Positions 1 to 10,144 are shown, counted from the first letter of the stretch. The stretch: DNA of 64,000 bases from Candidatus Latescibacterota bacterium (GCA_965206595.1 OZ242214.1:1184001-1248000); one strand, 5' to 3'. Notes: a model not told the origin generated them from the sequence alone. A program made the numbers and translations.

Positions 1-2445
1 ATCGGGCGGACCGAGTGTACCCTTGGCCGCCCGATGGGCGCTGTCCCACAGCAGGATATCGCTGCCCTTCTTTTGCGCCAGCCGCCCGACGATGTCGTTG
101 TCGAGATCGATACCGACGGCGCGGGCGAGCCTGAGTGCTTCGTCGTAGGAGAACGCCGGCGCACCGAAGGCGTCCCAGGCAAGCACGAAGAAGGCGGTGG
201 GCGGGTCGAGATCGGCATTGGCCTTGAGGTGGGTCAGTTGCTCAAGACGCCAGCGCTTGACCTCCCGGCGTGCCGCGTCGAGGGCGTCTTCCGGGGTGGC
301 GGCGTAGGGATCCCATTCCTCTTCAAACAGTTCCTGCTGAAGCCGCCGCCGGCGCTCCTCTGGTACCTCACGCGGAGTTCCCCGCTTCAACGGCCAGTGG
401 CGCGAGAATTCTTCCAGGGCAGGACCGAAGGAAGCGAGATACAGATCGACCCCGGTAATGCCGGCCTCTTGGAATCCCTCGACTCGCGTACGAACCGCGT
501 GGGCGACCTTCGGTTCCACGTCTTCCCAATAGACCGAGGTTGAGGTTTCGTAGACCGACGGCCCTTCGCGCACCCCTTCAGCGTATGTCTCGTCCGCACG
601 GGGATGCCGCGGCCGGCAGGCCAGGAAGATGGTGCTGTTGGCCGCGGCCTTGTTCTTGATATGCAGGCTGCCTTCGGCCTCGGTGTTTATGGGCCAGGAC
701 GCGGTGATAACGAAGCCCGATTGCATCAGACCGGTGGTGAGTGCGTCCCAGGCACCGGCCGCCTTGTGGGTGAACATCAAGGTCATGATGCCGTCTGGTT
801 TCAACACCCGACGACACTCGGCGAAGATCGACGCCATTCGCTCCTGGTAGTCGCGCCCTGCGAGCGCTCGGGCGCCCTTGTGTCCTTGGAACCTCGCCGG
901 GTTGGCGACTGCTTCGTTGTCCTTGTCGGTTAGGTGTGTGCGGAACAGCTCGGGGAAGACGTGGCCGGCAGTACGCTTGAGCCAGACGTAGAAGAAGTCG
1001 GACAGCTCGGCGTACATGACATTGTCGTAGTAGGGCGGGTCGATGATTACTGCCTCGATGCTGCCGTCCGCGATATGGTCGAGGCTGTCGCCCGGCTTAC
1101 AGGTGATGGTGATGGGGGGTGAGGTGAACTCTGCTTCATCCGCACTTTCGAACAAATCAAAGCGATCGCCCCTGGACTCCGGGCAAACCAAGGCGACGAG
1201 CTCGTTGATGCACTTGGCTGTCTTGTCGATGGCCCAGTCGTACCCGACGCCCGACACAAGAGGAGCCATTTCGGCGTAAGACCATACAAATGCGAAATCG
1301 TGTCGGTCGAAGATGGACCTGACTCGACCGGTAGTATTGTCCCAACGTCCGGCCCGACTGTTGTAGTTCAGCAAGGTATCGAGCATCAGGGCCAAGTACC
1401 CATACGCCGCTTGCCGAATCTCGTTCAGCTTTCCTGCCTCCCGATCAGCGTCGAGCATTTCGCGAAAGATCTCGACACTGGTGCCGTGGCAAAGAAGCTG
1501 GCGGGGCGAAAATAGATCACGCCATAAAGGTATGCCGTAGCGTTGCGGTTCCGTGGTCTTGTTGCCGTCGGGAATTCTCTCGCTCGGCACCATGTCCAGC
1601 GCCTCCCACTCCGGCAGCTTCTCGGCAAGTGCGGCCTCGATTTCCGCGCTGTTGTCGTCCTCGGAACGGGGCGCCCGGTACCCGCGGACCCATTTATCCT
1701 TTCCGCGCTTCCCGGATTTCAATTTCCTGGCGACGCGTTTCTTGTAGACGACCGCGAAGAGTTGCTCGCCCATCTGGCCGTCCTGGGCTTGGCGCTTGAT
1801 GTCGTCGCCGTCGATGACGCGGCCGCAATCGGAATAGGGGCACGTGCCGTCGCCGCGCGACACCGTGCCGTCCGATTGTTCTGCAGCGGACTCGACAATA
1901 TCGAAGGAGCAGACGCGGTCCTGCTTCCCAGGGCCGGCGCCGAGGTGGGGCTTTAGCCGGACCCCCATGCCTCCGGGCGCGAGCCGCCAGTTGGGTGACA
2001 GGGGCACAAGGCCATCGCAGTAAGGACAGGTGATGGTGCGCGCCCAGAGGTATCCGTCCGGCCGTGTATTGTCGCGCAGCCCGGAGCCGACGGAGGAGAG
2101 ATGGCGGCCTTGAATGGCCTGGACGAGGGAGAGGAATTCCTTCCTGCACAGGGCGGCGGCGCAGCAAAAGGCCGCCTCTCGGCACGTCTCGACCATCTGG
2201 GCCAATCCGCGCACATGATCGTCATGCCAGTGCGTCGCTACGATCAGCCTGACGGTCGTGGAGGGGTCGACCCCGATACTCTCCAGGTACCGCAGGGCAT
2301 GCGGTCGCCCGTCGGGATCGAGGCAGGAGTCAATGACGATCCAGGCGCCGTTGCCGACATGCAGGACGATGCTCTCTCCATAACCAGGACCGAAGACGGT
2401 GACCTCGAAGTCCCCGGGCCCCGGCGGCCCTTCCTCCTGAGTCAC
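1..2445 (-). CDS. Chimeric ORF running off the window: MBL-fold hydrolase N-terminus fused in frame to an N-terminally truncated DUF1156-family adenine DNA methylase
   Basis: Not in the ORF track because it has no stop in the window. Manual translation from GTG 2445 (GTGA overlap with upstream stop): MTQEEGPPGPGDFEVTVFGPGYGESIVLHVGNGAWIVIDSC...VATHWHDDHVRG (MBL HxHxDH), then from ~2075 GYLWARTITCPYC...CPYSDC...IIDPPYYDNVMYAELSDFFYVWLKR...FTHK...WPINTE (DUF1156 methylase body). Confidence 0.85.
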   Translation of the reverse strand, partial: MTQEEGPPGPGDFEVTVFGPGYGESIVLHVGNGAWIVIDSCLDPDGRPHALRYLESIGVDPSTTVRLIVATHWHDDHVRGLAQMVETCREAAFCCAAALCRKEFLSLVQAIQGRHLSSVGSGLRDNTRPDGYLWARTITCPYCDGLVPLSPNWRLAPGGMGVRLKPHLGAGPGKQDRVCSFDIVESAAEQSDGTVSRGDGTCPYSDCGRVIDGDDIKRQAQDGQMGEQLFAVVYKKRVARKLKSGKRGKDKWVRGYRAPRSEDDNSAEIEAALAEKLPEWEALDMVPSERIPDGNKTTEPQRYGIPLWRDLFSPRQLLCHGTSVEIFREMLDADREAGKLNEIRQAAYGYLALMLDTLLNYNSRAGRWDNTTGRVRSIFDRHDFAFVWSYAEMAPLVSGVGYDWAIDKTAKCINELVALVCPESRGDRFDLFESADEAEFTSPPITITCKPGDSLDHIADGSIEAVIIDPPYYDNVMYAELSDFFYVWLKRTAGHVFPELFRTHLTDKDNEAVANPARFQGHKGARALAGRDYQERMASIFAECRRVLKPDGIMTLMFTHKAAGAWDALTTGLMQSGFVITASWPINTEAEGSLHIKNKAAANSTIFLACRPRHPRADETYAEGVREGPSVYETSTSVYWEDVEPKVAHAVRTRVEGFQEAGITGVDLYLASFGPALEEFSRHWPLKRGTPREVPEERRRRLQQELFEEEWDPYAATPEDALDAARREVKRWRLEQLTHLKANADLDPPTAFFVLAWDAFGAPAFSYDEALRLARAVGIDLDNDIVGRLAQKKGSDILLWDSAHRAAKGTLGPPD

Positions 2446-3050
2446 GGACTGAGCGATCGTGAGATTCGCTCCGCCCACTTCCGGCCTTCCTCAAAGTCGG
2501 CAGCAGTCATCCTGGGGAGATCCCGAAAGACTATCTGCGAGACCCGTTTCGTTCCGGATGGCGAACGTTCGTAGCCGATCACCCAGCGAAATATGTCACC
2601 CTCGCGAAGCTTCCCGGCATCATCCTCGGAAATCTCCTCCATCGGGATGGTCGCCTCCTCCGTCTCGAAAGACCTGCCCGCGGTCAGATCCACCAGCCTC
2701 GCCACGAACTCGTCCTCACCGATCTCCACTACATAGCCTTCCCATTCCTGCAACGCGTGAAGGGTTGCAGAAGGTGCCAAGCGTGGGCCCGGCTCTGGTA
2801 GAGCGACAATTCGAGAAATGGCATTGCCATCCTGCCCGGGGCCCTGCAGCACTGGCAGGGTCGCGCTGGCAGTATCCTGATCCCCTGTCCTTGTTGTCGG
2901 GGATGATCGCACGCCCTGCTCCAGGGCCAGGCTGAGCACTTGGTTGAGGTGTCGAACGGGGGGGGCTGGCAAGGCATCCTCATCGAAATCGCTGAGCCCG
3001 CCTCGGTGGTTCCCGTGTTGAGCCGCTGTAGATTGAACTGCATGAGACAT
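2442..3050 (-). CDS. Hypothetical protein with a compact beta-rich (possibly OB-like) C-terminal domain
   Basis: 202 aa; LQEWEGYVVEI...FVARLVDL...GDIFRWVIGY; tightly coupled to both neighbours. Confidence 0.7.
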   Translation of the reverse strand: MSHAVQSTAAQHGNHRGGLSDFDEDALPAPPVRHLNQVLSLALEQGVRSSPTTRTGDQDTASATLPVLQGPGQDGNAISRIVALPEPGPRLAPSATLHALQEWEGYVVEIGEDEFVARLVDLTAGRSFETEEATIPMEEISEDDAGKLREGDIFRWVIGYERSPSGTKRVSQIVFRDLPRMTAADFEEGRKWAERISRSLSP

Positions 3051-3053
3051 GAA

Positions 3054-3749
3054 TCAAGCCCCCTTTGCCAAGGACATGATGTGATCGATGATGGCGTTGC
3101 TCCGGGCAAGTGATTCTTCGAAGTTGGCCTCGAAGAGTTTCATCAATCGCTCGGCGGTCCCCAACTGGGTGCCGTCGATGGCATAGTGATCGTTGACCCT
3201 GACATGGACCCCGTTTCTGCCCTCTCCGACCCGGTGGGATGGCTCCACCGTGACGTTGATCTGACCGCCATCTGGTCTGCCCCCGGGATTGACTTGTGTC
3301 ATCGTCAGGGAGGTCATCCCGCCATCCCGGCCATCGGGGCCGAGGTCGCGCCCCCAGGTGCCCCAAGGTTCAATGGGGGCCAGGGTCCTGCCGATCCGGT
3401 CCCGCTCTGAGAAGTCACGGACCCGGAAGTGAACATCCCGGTTGATTCCCAACGCCGTGACGGGCGTATGGTGCAGGTATTCCTTGAACGTCCGTGCGAC
3501 GAGGTCGCACAAGCGAACGTGCGGAGCCTGCCAGGTCTCGACGATGAATCGCTCATCGGTGACCTGGAGACGAAGCCACTCAGTGGCGAACTCCGTCACG
3601 TGTTGGCTGGCAACCCGGAGATCGGCACTCTCTGCGACACCCTCCGGCAAGAGGCCGTGCAGCGCGAACCAGGCAGGCGTGAAGATGGCGGGATTGAAAT
3701 CGCCGAGGACTACGACGGCGGCGGCGCTGATTTCCGGTTCGATCCTCAT
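3054..3749 (-). CDS. TIGR04255-like sporadically distributed protein
   Basis: 231 aa; VVVLGDFNPAIFTPAW and HTPVTALGIN motifs; in operon. Confidence 0.6.
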   Translation of the reverse strand: MRIEPEISAAAVVVLGDFNPAIFTPAWFALHGLLPEGVAESADLRVASQHVTEFATEWLRLQVTDERFIVETWQAPHVRLCDLVARTFKEYLHHTPVTALGINRDVHFRVRDFSERDRIGRTLAPIEPWGTWGRDLGPDGRDGGMTSLTMTQVNPGGRPDGGQINVTVEPSHRVGEGRNGVHVRVNDHYAIDGTQLGTAERLMKLFEANFEESLARSNAIIDHIMSLAKGA

Positions 3750-3765
3750 GGTATGGGCTCTCCGG

Positions 3766-4245
3766 TCATCGCTTGGGTTCGGTCAAGAGGAAGCGCAAGG
3801 CCGTCAGCACCCGGCGCGGTTGCTTGCGATGCATGGCCATGCCCAGCCAGTACGCCGCCTCCTCCCGTTCCATTGCCTCGATTCCTTCGGTCACCGCCCG
3901 CATGTTGTCGCGGCTGCGCATAGGGGCCAGAGTGCGGAACAACAGCCCTATTGTCAGCGCCAGATCTTCGCTGAGGGCGTAGCCTCGTTTCCTTGTATCC
4001 GCATTTCCCCCGAGCTTGATACCCGACTGGGAAAGCCTCTTCAGCACCCGGTGCTCGACCAACTCGAGGTTCCGGCCCCGAAGCCCCGCAACGCGCTGGG
4101 CGGCGTTCACCTGCGGGGTGGCTTTGGTGGGGATCTGCCAGATTTCATACTCGGCATCGGCCGGGCCGTAGCCACGCACCCGCAACTCGTACCGGGGGGC
4201 TGATGCAGGTGTCTCGACCTGGGTGATTCTCTCTAACCGTGCCAT
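3766..4245 (-). CDS. DUF3780-like small protein of the DUF499/DUF1156 restriction-like system
   Basis: 159 aa; start overlaps the DUF499 stop (TGATG); EEAAYWLG...RRVLTALR motif; position typical of this system. Confidence 0.7.
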   Translation of the reverse strand: MARLERITQVETPASAPRYELRVRGYGPADAEYEIWQIPTKATPQVNAAQRVAGLRGRNLELVEHRVLKRLSQSGIKLGGNADTRKRGYALSEDLALTIGLLFRTLAPMRSRDNMRAVTEGIEAMEREEAAYWLGMAMHRKQPRRVLTALRFLLTEPKR

Positions 4246-7200
4246 CAGGCCTTTGCCTCCGCAGTCGCCGACACATACGCGGCGCCGCTCGCGTACCGGG
4301 AAAGGCGCTCGGTGAGCTTCTCTGCCGCGTCTCCTTGCATGGACAGACCATCGGTGAAGGTCAGCTCGAACCCCGTATTCAGGGTCTTGGCGCTGGCGTC
4401 CCGCAACTGTGGCTCGAGGAATTCCCTCACAGGCTGAGCGTCCGATACCGGGCCTCGGAACTCCAATTCGAAGGACCCACCCTCGCGGGTTTCATAACCA
4501 CCCGTAATGGTGACCATTTTGTCCGCACCGGAAACGGCACCCACGGCACCGAGCAGCCGGAAGGCGTCACCAGCCTCGAACATGCGAATGGTCAAAATCC
4601 CGATGTGCCTGACATCGTGCGCCCGCGCCTGCTCCCACAGCTGGATCAATGCTTCTTTGAGGATACCCTCTGCCGTCAAGGATTCGGGCTCCGAGCCGTC
4701 AGAATCGTCCGAGTGGTCGGAGTCGTCCGAATCGTCGGAGTCGTCAGAATCGTCGGAGTCGTCAGAATCGTCCGAATCGTCCAAGTCGTCGGAGGCGTCC
4801 AAGTCGCCCTCGGGTTTCCGCGGCCACATGCCGGCATTTTTCGCGTAAGCCATGGTAAAGATTACGGACTGCTCATCGATCAGGATGGTGGCCGATGGGT
4901 CTCCTGGGCCAAACAGCAATTCTCCCCGTTGATAGACGTATTCCCCCTGGTCGATTCCTAGCCGGACGCCGCGGATAAAGATGTCGTCACCGATCAGGGT
5001 AGGCAGTGCAGGATCGCGCCGGAACTCATCGCGCAGCGACAGCGTGGTGATCTGGCCTTTCTTGAGCGGCGTTCGGTCCCGTACATAGGACGGCGAATCC
5101 GGCTCGTCCTCGGGAAGGCGCAGTTTCCCCAGGTCTCGCAATGCCCGAACGACCTGTTGCTGCCCTGCCCCGGGTTTATCGGACGCGGAATGGACGTCGA
5201 TAGCCGAGTGGGCGAGATCGACCTCGCTGGTGCCAACCAGGTTCCGGGAAGGGTAGAAAATGTGCCGGTAGCACTGCTGAATAGCGATGGCGAGTTCATG
5301 CTCGGACCGGGCTTCCATCTCGCGCACCCGGTCCTGCTGGTGCTCCGCCAGATCAATGAGGCGGTCCGGCTTTTTCAATTCCCGCAGCGCCAGACGATGA
5401 TGGGTCTTGCGGCGCATCTCCTCCTTGCGGGCGTCGTCGGCGACCACGAACACCAAGCTGTTTCGGAGCGCTCTCAAGGCCGAACCTTCCGACCCTTTCC
5501 GCGCGAAAATCCGTTCGATCAACTCGGGTACGTCCTCGACCGCACTGCCGATGGTCACCGCGTCGTAGGCCAGGAGGACGAGTTTCGGCCGGCCGTCGCC
5601 AACCTCGTCCGGGACGTCGAACGGCCCTCCTGGGAATGACACGGCCTCGAACGTCCTGCCGCCGAATATCTCGCGGATGCGGTCGTTTAACTGAGCGCGC
5701 GCTTCCGCGGCGTCGACGTGGCGCTCTTCACGGCGGATGATCTGAACCAGATTCGCTTCGGCCAGAAAACGCATCGGAGCGCCGGGGCGGTCGTCGAGAT
5801 ATGCGGATTCGGCGATGAACTTCTTCCGCGCTTCGTCGATAAAGCTGAGATCCGTGGTTGGACCTAAAACAGAATAGAGCAACTGCTTCTGCGAAATTCC
5901 CTTCAACGGATCGTTGAAGGCGAGGGTGTGCATGAAGACGGTGCGGGCGACGTACACGGCGTACGGCGGCATGCCGCTGTGATGCGCACTGTCGATCTCC
6001 TGCGCCAACGCCTTCTTCTCGTCCGACCCGGAGGCTACGTCGTTCGAAATGGCCGGCACGTAGGCGGACTGTCCGAGGCGAGTCACGATTTCCTGGCGGA
6101 TCGGCTCGTAGCCCGGATCGATATGGTGAAGATGAATGGCAGTCGCGTCCTTGGGCTTTTCTTCCCAAAGATGCGAAACCGTGCGGGCAAGCAGCCGCAG
6201 CATTCCGCGCACCCGCTGAAAATTGCCCAGGGTTGCGGTCTTGCCTCTCAGGGTCTCCAGAACTTCCGGATGCAGTGGGTAGCTCGAAAGAAAGGTCTCG
6301 ATGGTCCCGGGCCGTGCGGCATCATCTCCCAGAGATTCCCTGTTGGCCGCCCAGAGATCCCGGTAGGCATCTGTTACCGCCGAAATCATGGTGTCATCAA
6401 TCGATTCGAACAGGCGGCGACGGAGCACCTGAACCGTCTCGTCTTCCTCGGTAGGATTCAACAGGGTCGCCTTGCGCGCAGAGACGCTTTCCGCTTCCGC
6501 CATGTGATCGGCGATGAACTGGTTTTCATCGCTGTAGGCGTCGGTTGCCCGCCCGTCCTTGCCGATGGCAAGGGTATAGACGAGGGCGGCCTTGGGCGCG
6601 CTTTCGACAGCCTTGAACAACGAGGTCAGGAAGGCCGTCAACTGGTCCCGGGCGTCTGCGAGGTTTCTCACCTTGCGCAGGTAAACCGAAAGCTCGTCGA
6701 GCAGAATCAGGGTCGGCTCGCCCCCGAACAGTTCCCGCAAGGTCTCGGCTCCAGGGGCGATGCGGCTTTCATCGCTATTGCGCACCCTCTCGTACCCGTC
6801 CTTGCCCGCCAGTGCATAGGCGATCTCGCCCCAAGGAGTGTGGGCCAGAATTCCGTCACCCATGGCCCTGCCGTTGGCCGGGTCCGCGTTTTCTCCATCG
6901 AATGCGGCGACCCGAACCTTCCCCCCCGGAAGCAGGGAAGGGTCGATGAACTCAGAAACATTCGACACACCCTGCATGCCCCGGGCGGCATGGCACAACG
7001 CTATCAGTCCGTGGGTTTTGCCACCCCCGTAAGAAGTGTCCAGCCGGAAGATCGATGCCACCTCACCGCCGGCACCGGTCAGCCTCCGGCACACATTGGC
7101 GAGCAGGTTTCTGAGGCCCCTTGTGGGATAGGTGGTGGAGAAGAAGTGTGCCGGGTCGAGATATTCGGCGTTACCGGAGCCGGTGATGACTTGGGCGAGA

Positions 7201-7286
7201 TCGGCAGCGAAGTCGGCCTCGGTAATCGCTTCCTCCAGAACATCCGAGCGGGGCCGGCATGTTTCGAATATCGTAGGGATGGTCAT
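4245..7286 (-). CDS. DUF499 family AAA+ ATPase (restriction-like defence system)
   Basis: 1013 aa; FAADL, TYPTRGL, Walker A YGGGKTH, Walker B LILLDE, SYPLHPE, FQRVRG. Confidence 0.92.
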   Translation of the reverse strand: MTIPTIFETCRPRSDVLEEAITEADFAADLAQVITGSGNAEYLDPAHFFSTTYPTRGLRNLLANVCRRLTGAGGEVASIFRLDTSYGGGKTHGLIALCHAARGMQGVSNVSEFIDPSLLPGGKVRVAAFDGENADPANGRAMGDGILAHTPWGEIAYALAGKDGYERVRNSDESRIAPGAETLRELFGGEPTLILLDELSVYLRKVRNLADARDQLTAFLTSLFKAVESAPKAALVYTLAIGKDGRATDAYSDENQFIADHMAEAESVSARKATLLNPTEEDETVQVLRRRLFESIDDTMISAVTDAYRDLWAANRESLGDDAARPGTIETFLSSYPLHPEVLETLRGKTATLGNFQRVRGMLRLLARTVSHLWEEKPKDATAIHLHHIDPGYEPIRQEIVTRLGQSAYVPAISNDVASGSDEKKALAQEIDSAHHSGMPPYAVYVARTVFMHTLAFNDPLKGISQKQLLYSVLGPTTDLSFIDEARKKFIAESAYLDDRPGAPMRFLAEANLVQIIRREERHVDAAEARAQLNDRIREIFGGRTFEAVSFPGGPFDVPDEVGDGRPKLVLLAYDAVTIGSAVEDVPELIERIFARKGSEGSALRALRNSLVFVVADDARKEEMRRKTHHRLALRELKKPDRLIDLAEHQQDRVREMEARSEHELAIAIQQCYRHIFYPSRNLVGTSEVDLAHSAIDVHSASDKPGAGQQQVVRALRDLGKLRLPEDEPDSPSYVRDRTPLKKGQITTLSLRDEFRRDPALPTLIGDDIFIRGVRLGIDQGEYVYQRGELLFGPGDPSATILIDEQSVIFTMAYAKNAGMWPRKPEGDLDASDDLDDSDDSDDSDDSDDSDDSDDSDHSDDSDGSEPESLTAEGILKEALIQLWEQARAHDVRHIGILTIRMFEAGDAFRLLGAVGAVSGADKMVTITGGYETREGGSFELEFRGPVSDAQPVREFLEPQLRDASAKTLNTGFELTFTDGLSMQGDAAEKLTERLSRYASGAAYVSATAEAKA
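4697..4806. repeat. 9-bp coding tandem repeat encoding (SDD)n
   Basis: gtcgtccga/atcgtcgga/gtcgtcaga units; protein DDLDDSDDSDDSDDSDDSDDSDDSDHSDDSD. Confidence 0.9.
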
Positions 7287-7525
7287 TGTTTTCGCTCTGT
7301 GGACTCGTTGGTCATCCGGCTCGGCTGCGGGTGAGATGGGTATGAAGCCGGGTGCCGGTCATCAGTCGTTGGTTCCCCCTGGCGGGTGAAAAGACGCCGG
7401 AGAATATGACATAATCTACTAATGGAAAGAACAGGAACCGTGAGAATGGAGGCGGATTTTCTTGATAATTCAGCCTCGAGACGGCACCTTTGAGAAAGCA
7501 CCCTTCACAAAATTGGAGCACTGAC

Positions 7526-8434
7526 ATGGGACTTACCGAAGAACAACTGAAGATGTTCGACAACGACGGCTTCCTGCTGCTGCGGGGCGCCCTCTCGGAC
7601 AGCGACATCGACCCCGTGATCGAGGAGTACGAGGCGCACATCGACCGGCGGGCGAACGAGCTGTTGGCAGAGGGGAAGATCGGGGATCCGCACGCCGATG
7701 CCCCGTTCGACAAGCGGCTCGCCCTGATCAACGACCAGTGTGCGGAGATCTACGACGACCTCGACATATACCGGCTGCGGGGGAAGGCGTCGTTCGAATT
7801 CCTGCTCAACGACAACCTGCTGGGTCTCGTCGAACCCATCGTAGGGCCGGAGATCACCTGCAGCCCGATTCAGCACATCCGCGGCAAGCTGCCGCACGGA
7901 ACGACCAAGGTGGGGGACGGCCACGTGGCGCCCTGGCACCAGGACGCCGGCGTGACCTGGGAAGAGGCGGATCCCCACTTCATCCTGACGGTATGGCTGC
8001 CGATAGTCCCGGCGACGCCGGAAAACGGCTGTCTCCAGATCATCCCCAGGGTGCACAAGACCGGGCTGTGGAAACACGAGACCATCCAGGGCAGGGGGAC
8101 GGTGATCGCCGAAGAGGCGATGCCCGACGTCGAACCGCTGACCCTGCCGATGGAGAAGGGGGACCTGCTGTTGATGAGCAAGGAGATCCCCCATCGCTCG
8201 ACCCCGAACCACACCGACACGGTGCGCTGGAGCATGGACCTGCGATACCAGAAGACCGGCACCCCGACCGGGCGCCCGTTCTACCCGGACTTCGTGGTGC
8301 GCAGCCGCTCGAATCTGGACTCGGTGCTGACCGATCACGGCGAGTGGGCGCGGATGTGGGCAGAGGCCCTGGCAGCTGAGGCGGCCAGGGGCGCCAGGCA
8401 TCACCGCTGGGAGGTAGTGGCGGCCAAATCGTAG
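7526..8434 (+). CDS. Phytanoyl-CoA dioxygenase (PhyH) family protein
   Basis: PWHQD, TVWLP, ENGCLQ and distal His; GGAG RBS before ATG 7526. Confidence 0.9.
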   Translation: MGLTEEQLKMFDNDGFLLLRGALSDSDIDPVIEEYEAHIDRRANELLAEGKIGDPHADAPFDKRLALINDQCAEIYDDLDIYRLRGKASFEFLLNDNLLGLVEPIVGPEITCSPIQHIRGKLPHGTTKVGDGHVAPWHQDAGVTWEEADPHFILTVWLPIVPATPENGCLQIIPRVHKTGLWKHETIQGRGTVIAEEAMPDVEPLTLPMEKGDLLLMSKEIPHRSTPNHTDTVRWSMDLRYQKTGTPTGRPFYPDFVVRSRSNLDSVLTDHGEWARMWAEALAAEAARGARHHRWEVVAAKS

Positions 8435-8537
8435 ACGGCACCACCCGTCGACCCTGTCGCCGGCAAGGCGCCGCCTCGAGCGGCAGGCGCCCGAGGCGGG
8501 CAACGGTTTTCACACAGCTGGACAAGGAAAACGCGGG

Positions 8538-8569
8538 AAAGGCGCGTCTCGAAATCGGGGCGCGCCTTT
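8538..8569. terminator. Probable bidirectional terminator hairpin between convergent genes
   Basis: aaaggcgcgtctcga-aa-tcggggcgcgccttt. Confidence 0.6.
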
Positions 8570-8655
8570 ATTCATGAGGGGCGGCCCCAGCCCCTTTCGC
8601 TTTTTACGGGAAGCCGGGTGAAATCGCCGGTATCGTCGATTCCGGCTAGGGGAAG

Positions 8656-10137
8656 TCAGTCGCCGCCGAGCTCGGGCGGCGGACCTGCATCCTCGTCGAG
8701 GGGGTACACCGGCCGCGAGATGCGCTGGTAGGGGAGCGACTTGAGGTCGGCGCTGGTGCCTCCCGGCAGGTCGACGGCGACGATGCGGGACGCGATGGAT
8801 TCGTAATGGACGCGGAAGCCGTTCGGGGATTTGCACACCACGAGGTCGAAATCGAGCGGCTCCAGTCCCTGGGCCTGGAAGACGCGGCGGCCCACCCACA
8901 TCACCGCTCTTTCGGTGACCATGACGCGGTGCCTGCCCGCGGCGAGCACCGCGGTGAGACCGGCCTCGCCCGGCATTCCCCCTTCGTACGAGAAGTCGCC
9001 GTCGCCGAGGCTCACCACCCTCGCTTCGACCTCGAACGGGGTGTGGCGTTCGCTGTCGATGGTCCCTCCGAGCGGCAGGGTCAGGGTAGCTCCGACACCG
9101 GCCTCCGCGGCCATGGCGACCGCCGGGGCGTCGACGACGGGAACCAGGGCGCGCTTCGAATAGCGGTGCTCGAACAGCCCTCTGAGGACGACGTTGCTGT
9201 CTCCGGGAGCCCCTGACGCGGTCGAGTCCGCGGCGTCGGAGAACACGGTGAGCCCGCCGGTCCCTTCGGCGAGGTGGACCGCCTCGGGCAGGGGGGTCAG
9301 CTCGGCCTGCATGTCGCCGCGGTGGCGCCACATGAAGCGGGCGAGCCGCAGCGCCTCCCGCCGCGCCCGCTGCGGATGGTTGTCCGTGGTGACGACCACG
9401 TTGGAGCGCAGGCCGGGCACGTCGGTGAACGGGTTGCCGATGTTGACCCCCGCGGCCAGGCAGGCGCCGGTCTTCTCCAGCATCTCGCAGTGATGGATCG
9501 CTTCCCCGAAGAGGCCGGTCGCGGTGATGAGATCGTCGCCGCGCACCAGCATCGGCAGCTGGATGCAGGCGGTTGCCGGTTTCACCTTGCCGTCGAGAAG
9601 GCGCAGCAGGTTGCGCGCCGCCCGCTCCCCCGTAGAGACCATGTCGGTGTGGGGGTAGGTCAGCAGCAGATTGACGACGTCGATGCTGTCGAGCAGTCGC
9701 GGGGTGAGGATGGCGTGCAGGTCCATCGGCGCCGTGATCGGCTTTCCGGGGCCGAGGATTTCGCGCACTCCTGCGGCCAGCCGGCCCTCGGGATCGTCCT
9801 CCTCGACCCCGGCCATGGCCCCGTGCAGAAACAGGAAGGCGCCGTCGGCGTCGGCATGGTCGCCCACGGAAGCGAGGATCTCGTCGAGCAGGCGCTCGAG
9901 GTCGGCCGCGGCGACCGGCCCCCCGGTGGCGTCGCGAAAGGCGTGGACCGTCGGTACCAGCTCGATGTCGTCGCGGGCTTCGAGCACGGAGATGCCGCCG
10001 GCGGTGGCGCTGTCGGTGCCGCGCAGCTGGTCGAGGATCTCCCGGCCGCGGCGGATCTGGAAATCCTCGTAGCGCGTCAGCAGGGGGTTGAAGCTGCCGA
10101 CCTCCTCGTAGAGGCCGGCGATGAGGACACGTTTCAA
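8656..10137 (-). CDS. M81 family metallopeptidase (MlrC-like)
   Basis: LHGAM, DPEG, DLHA, TYPHTD, DAADS and C-terminal VCKS motifs. Confidence 0.9.
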   Translation of the reverse strand: MKRVLIAGLYEEVGSFNPLLTRYEDFQIRRGREILDQLRGTDSATAGGISVLEARDDIELVPTVHAFRDATGGPVAAADLERLLDEILASVGDHADADGAFLFLHGAMAGVEEDDPEGRLAAGVREILGPGKPITAPMDLHAILTPRLLDSIDVVNLLLTYPHTDMVSTGERAARNLLRLLDGKVKPATACIQLPMLVRGDDLITATGLFGEAIHHCEMLEKTGACLAAGVNIGNPFTDVPGLRSNVVVTTDNHPQRARREALRLARFMWRHRGDMQAELTPLPEAVHLAEGTGGLTVFSDAADSTASGAPGDSNVVLRGLFEHRYSKRALVPVVDAPAVAMAAEAGVGATLTLPLGGTIDSERHTPFEVEARVVSLGDGDFSYEGGMPGEAGLTAVLAAGRHRVMVTERAVMWVGRRVFQAQGLEPLDFDLVVCKSPNGFRVHYESIASRIVAVDLPGGTSADLKSLPYQRISRPVYPLDEDAGPPPELGGD

Positions 10138-10144
10138 GGGTGCC

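Noticed and set aside
4697-4806. CRISPR-like array
   Set aside because: Contiguous 9-bp coding repeats with no spacers and no cas genes.
8656-10137. Microcystin degradation cluster
   Set aside because: Only an MlrC-family peptidase is present; no mlrA, mlrB or mlrD, and the family is widespread.
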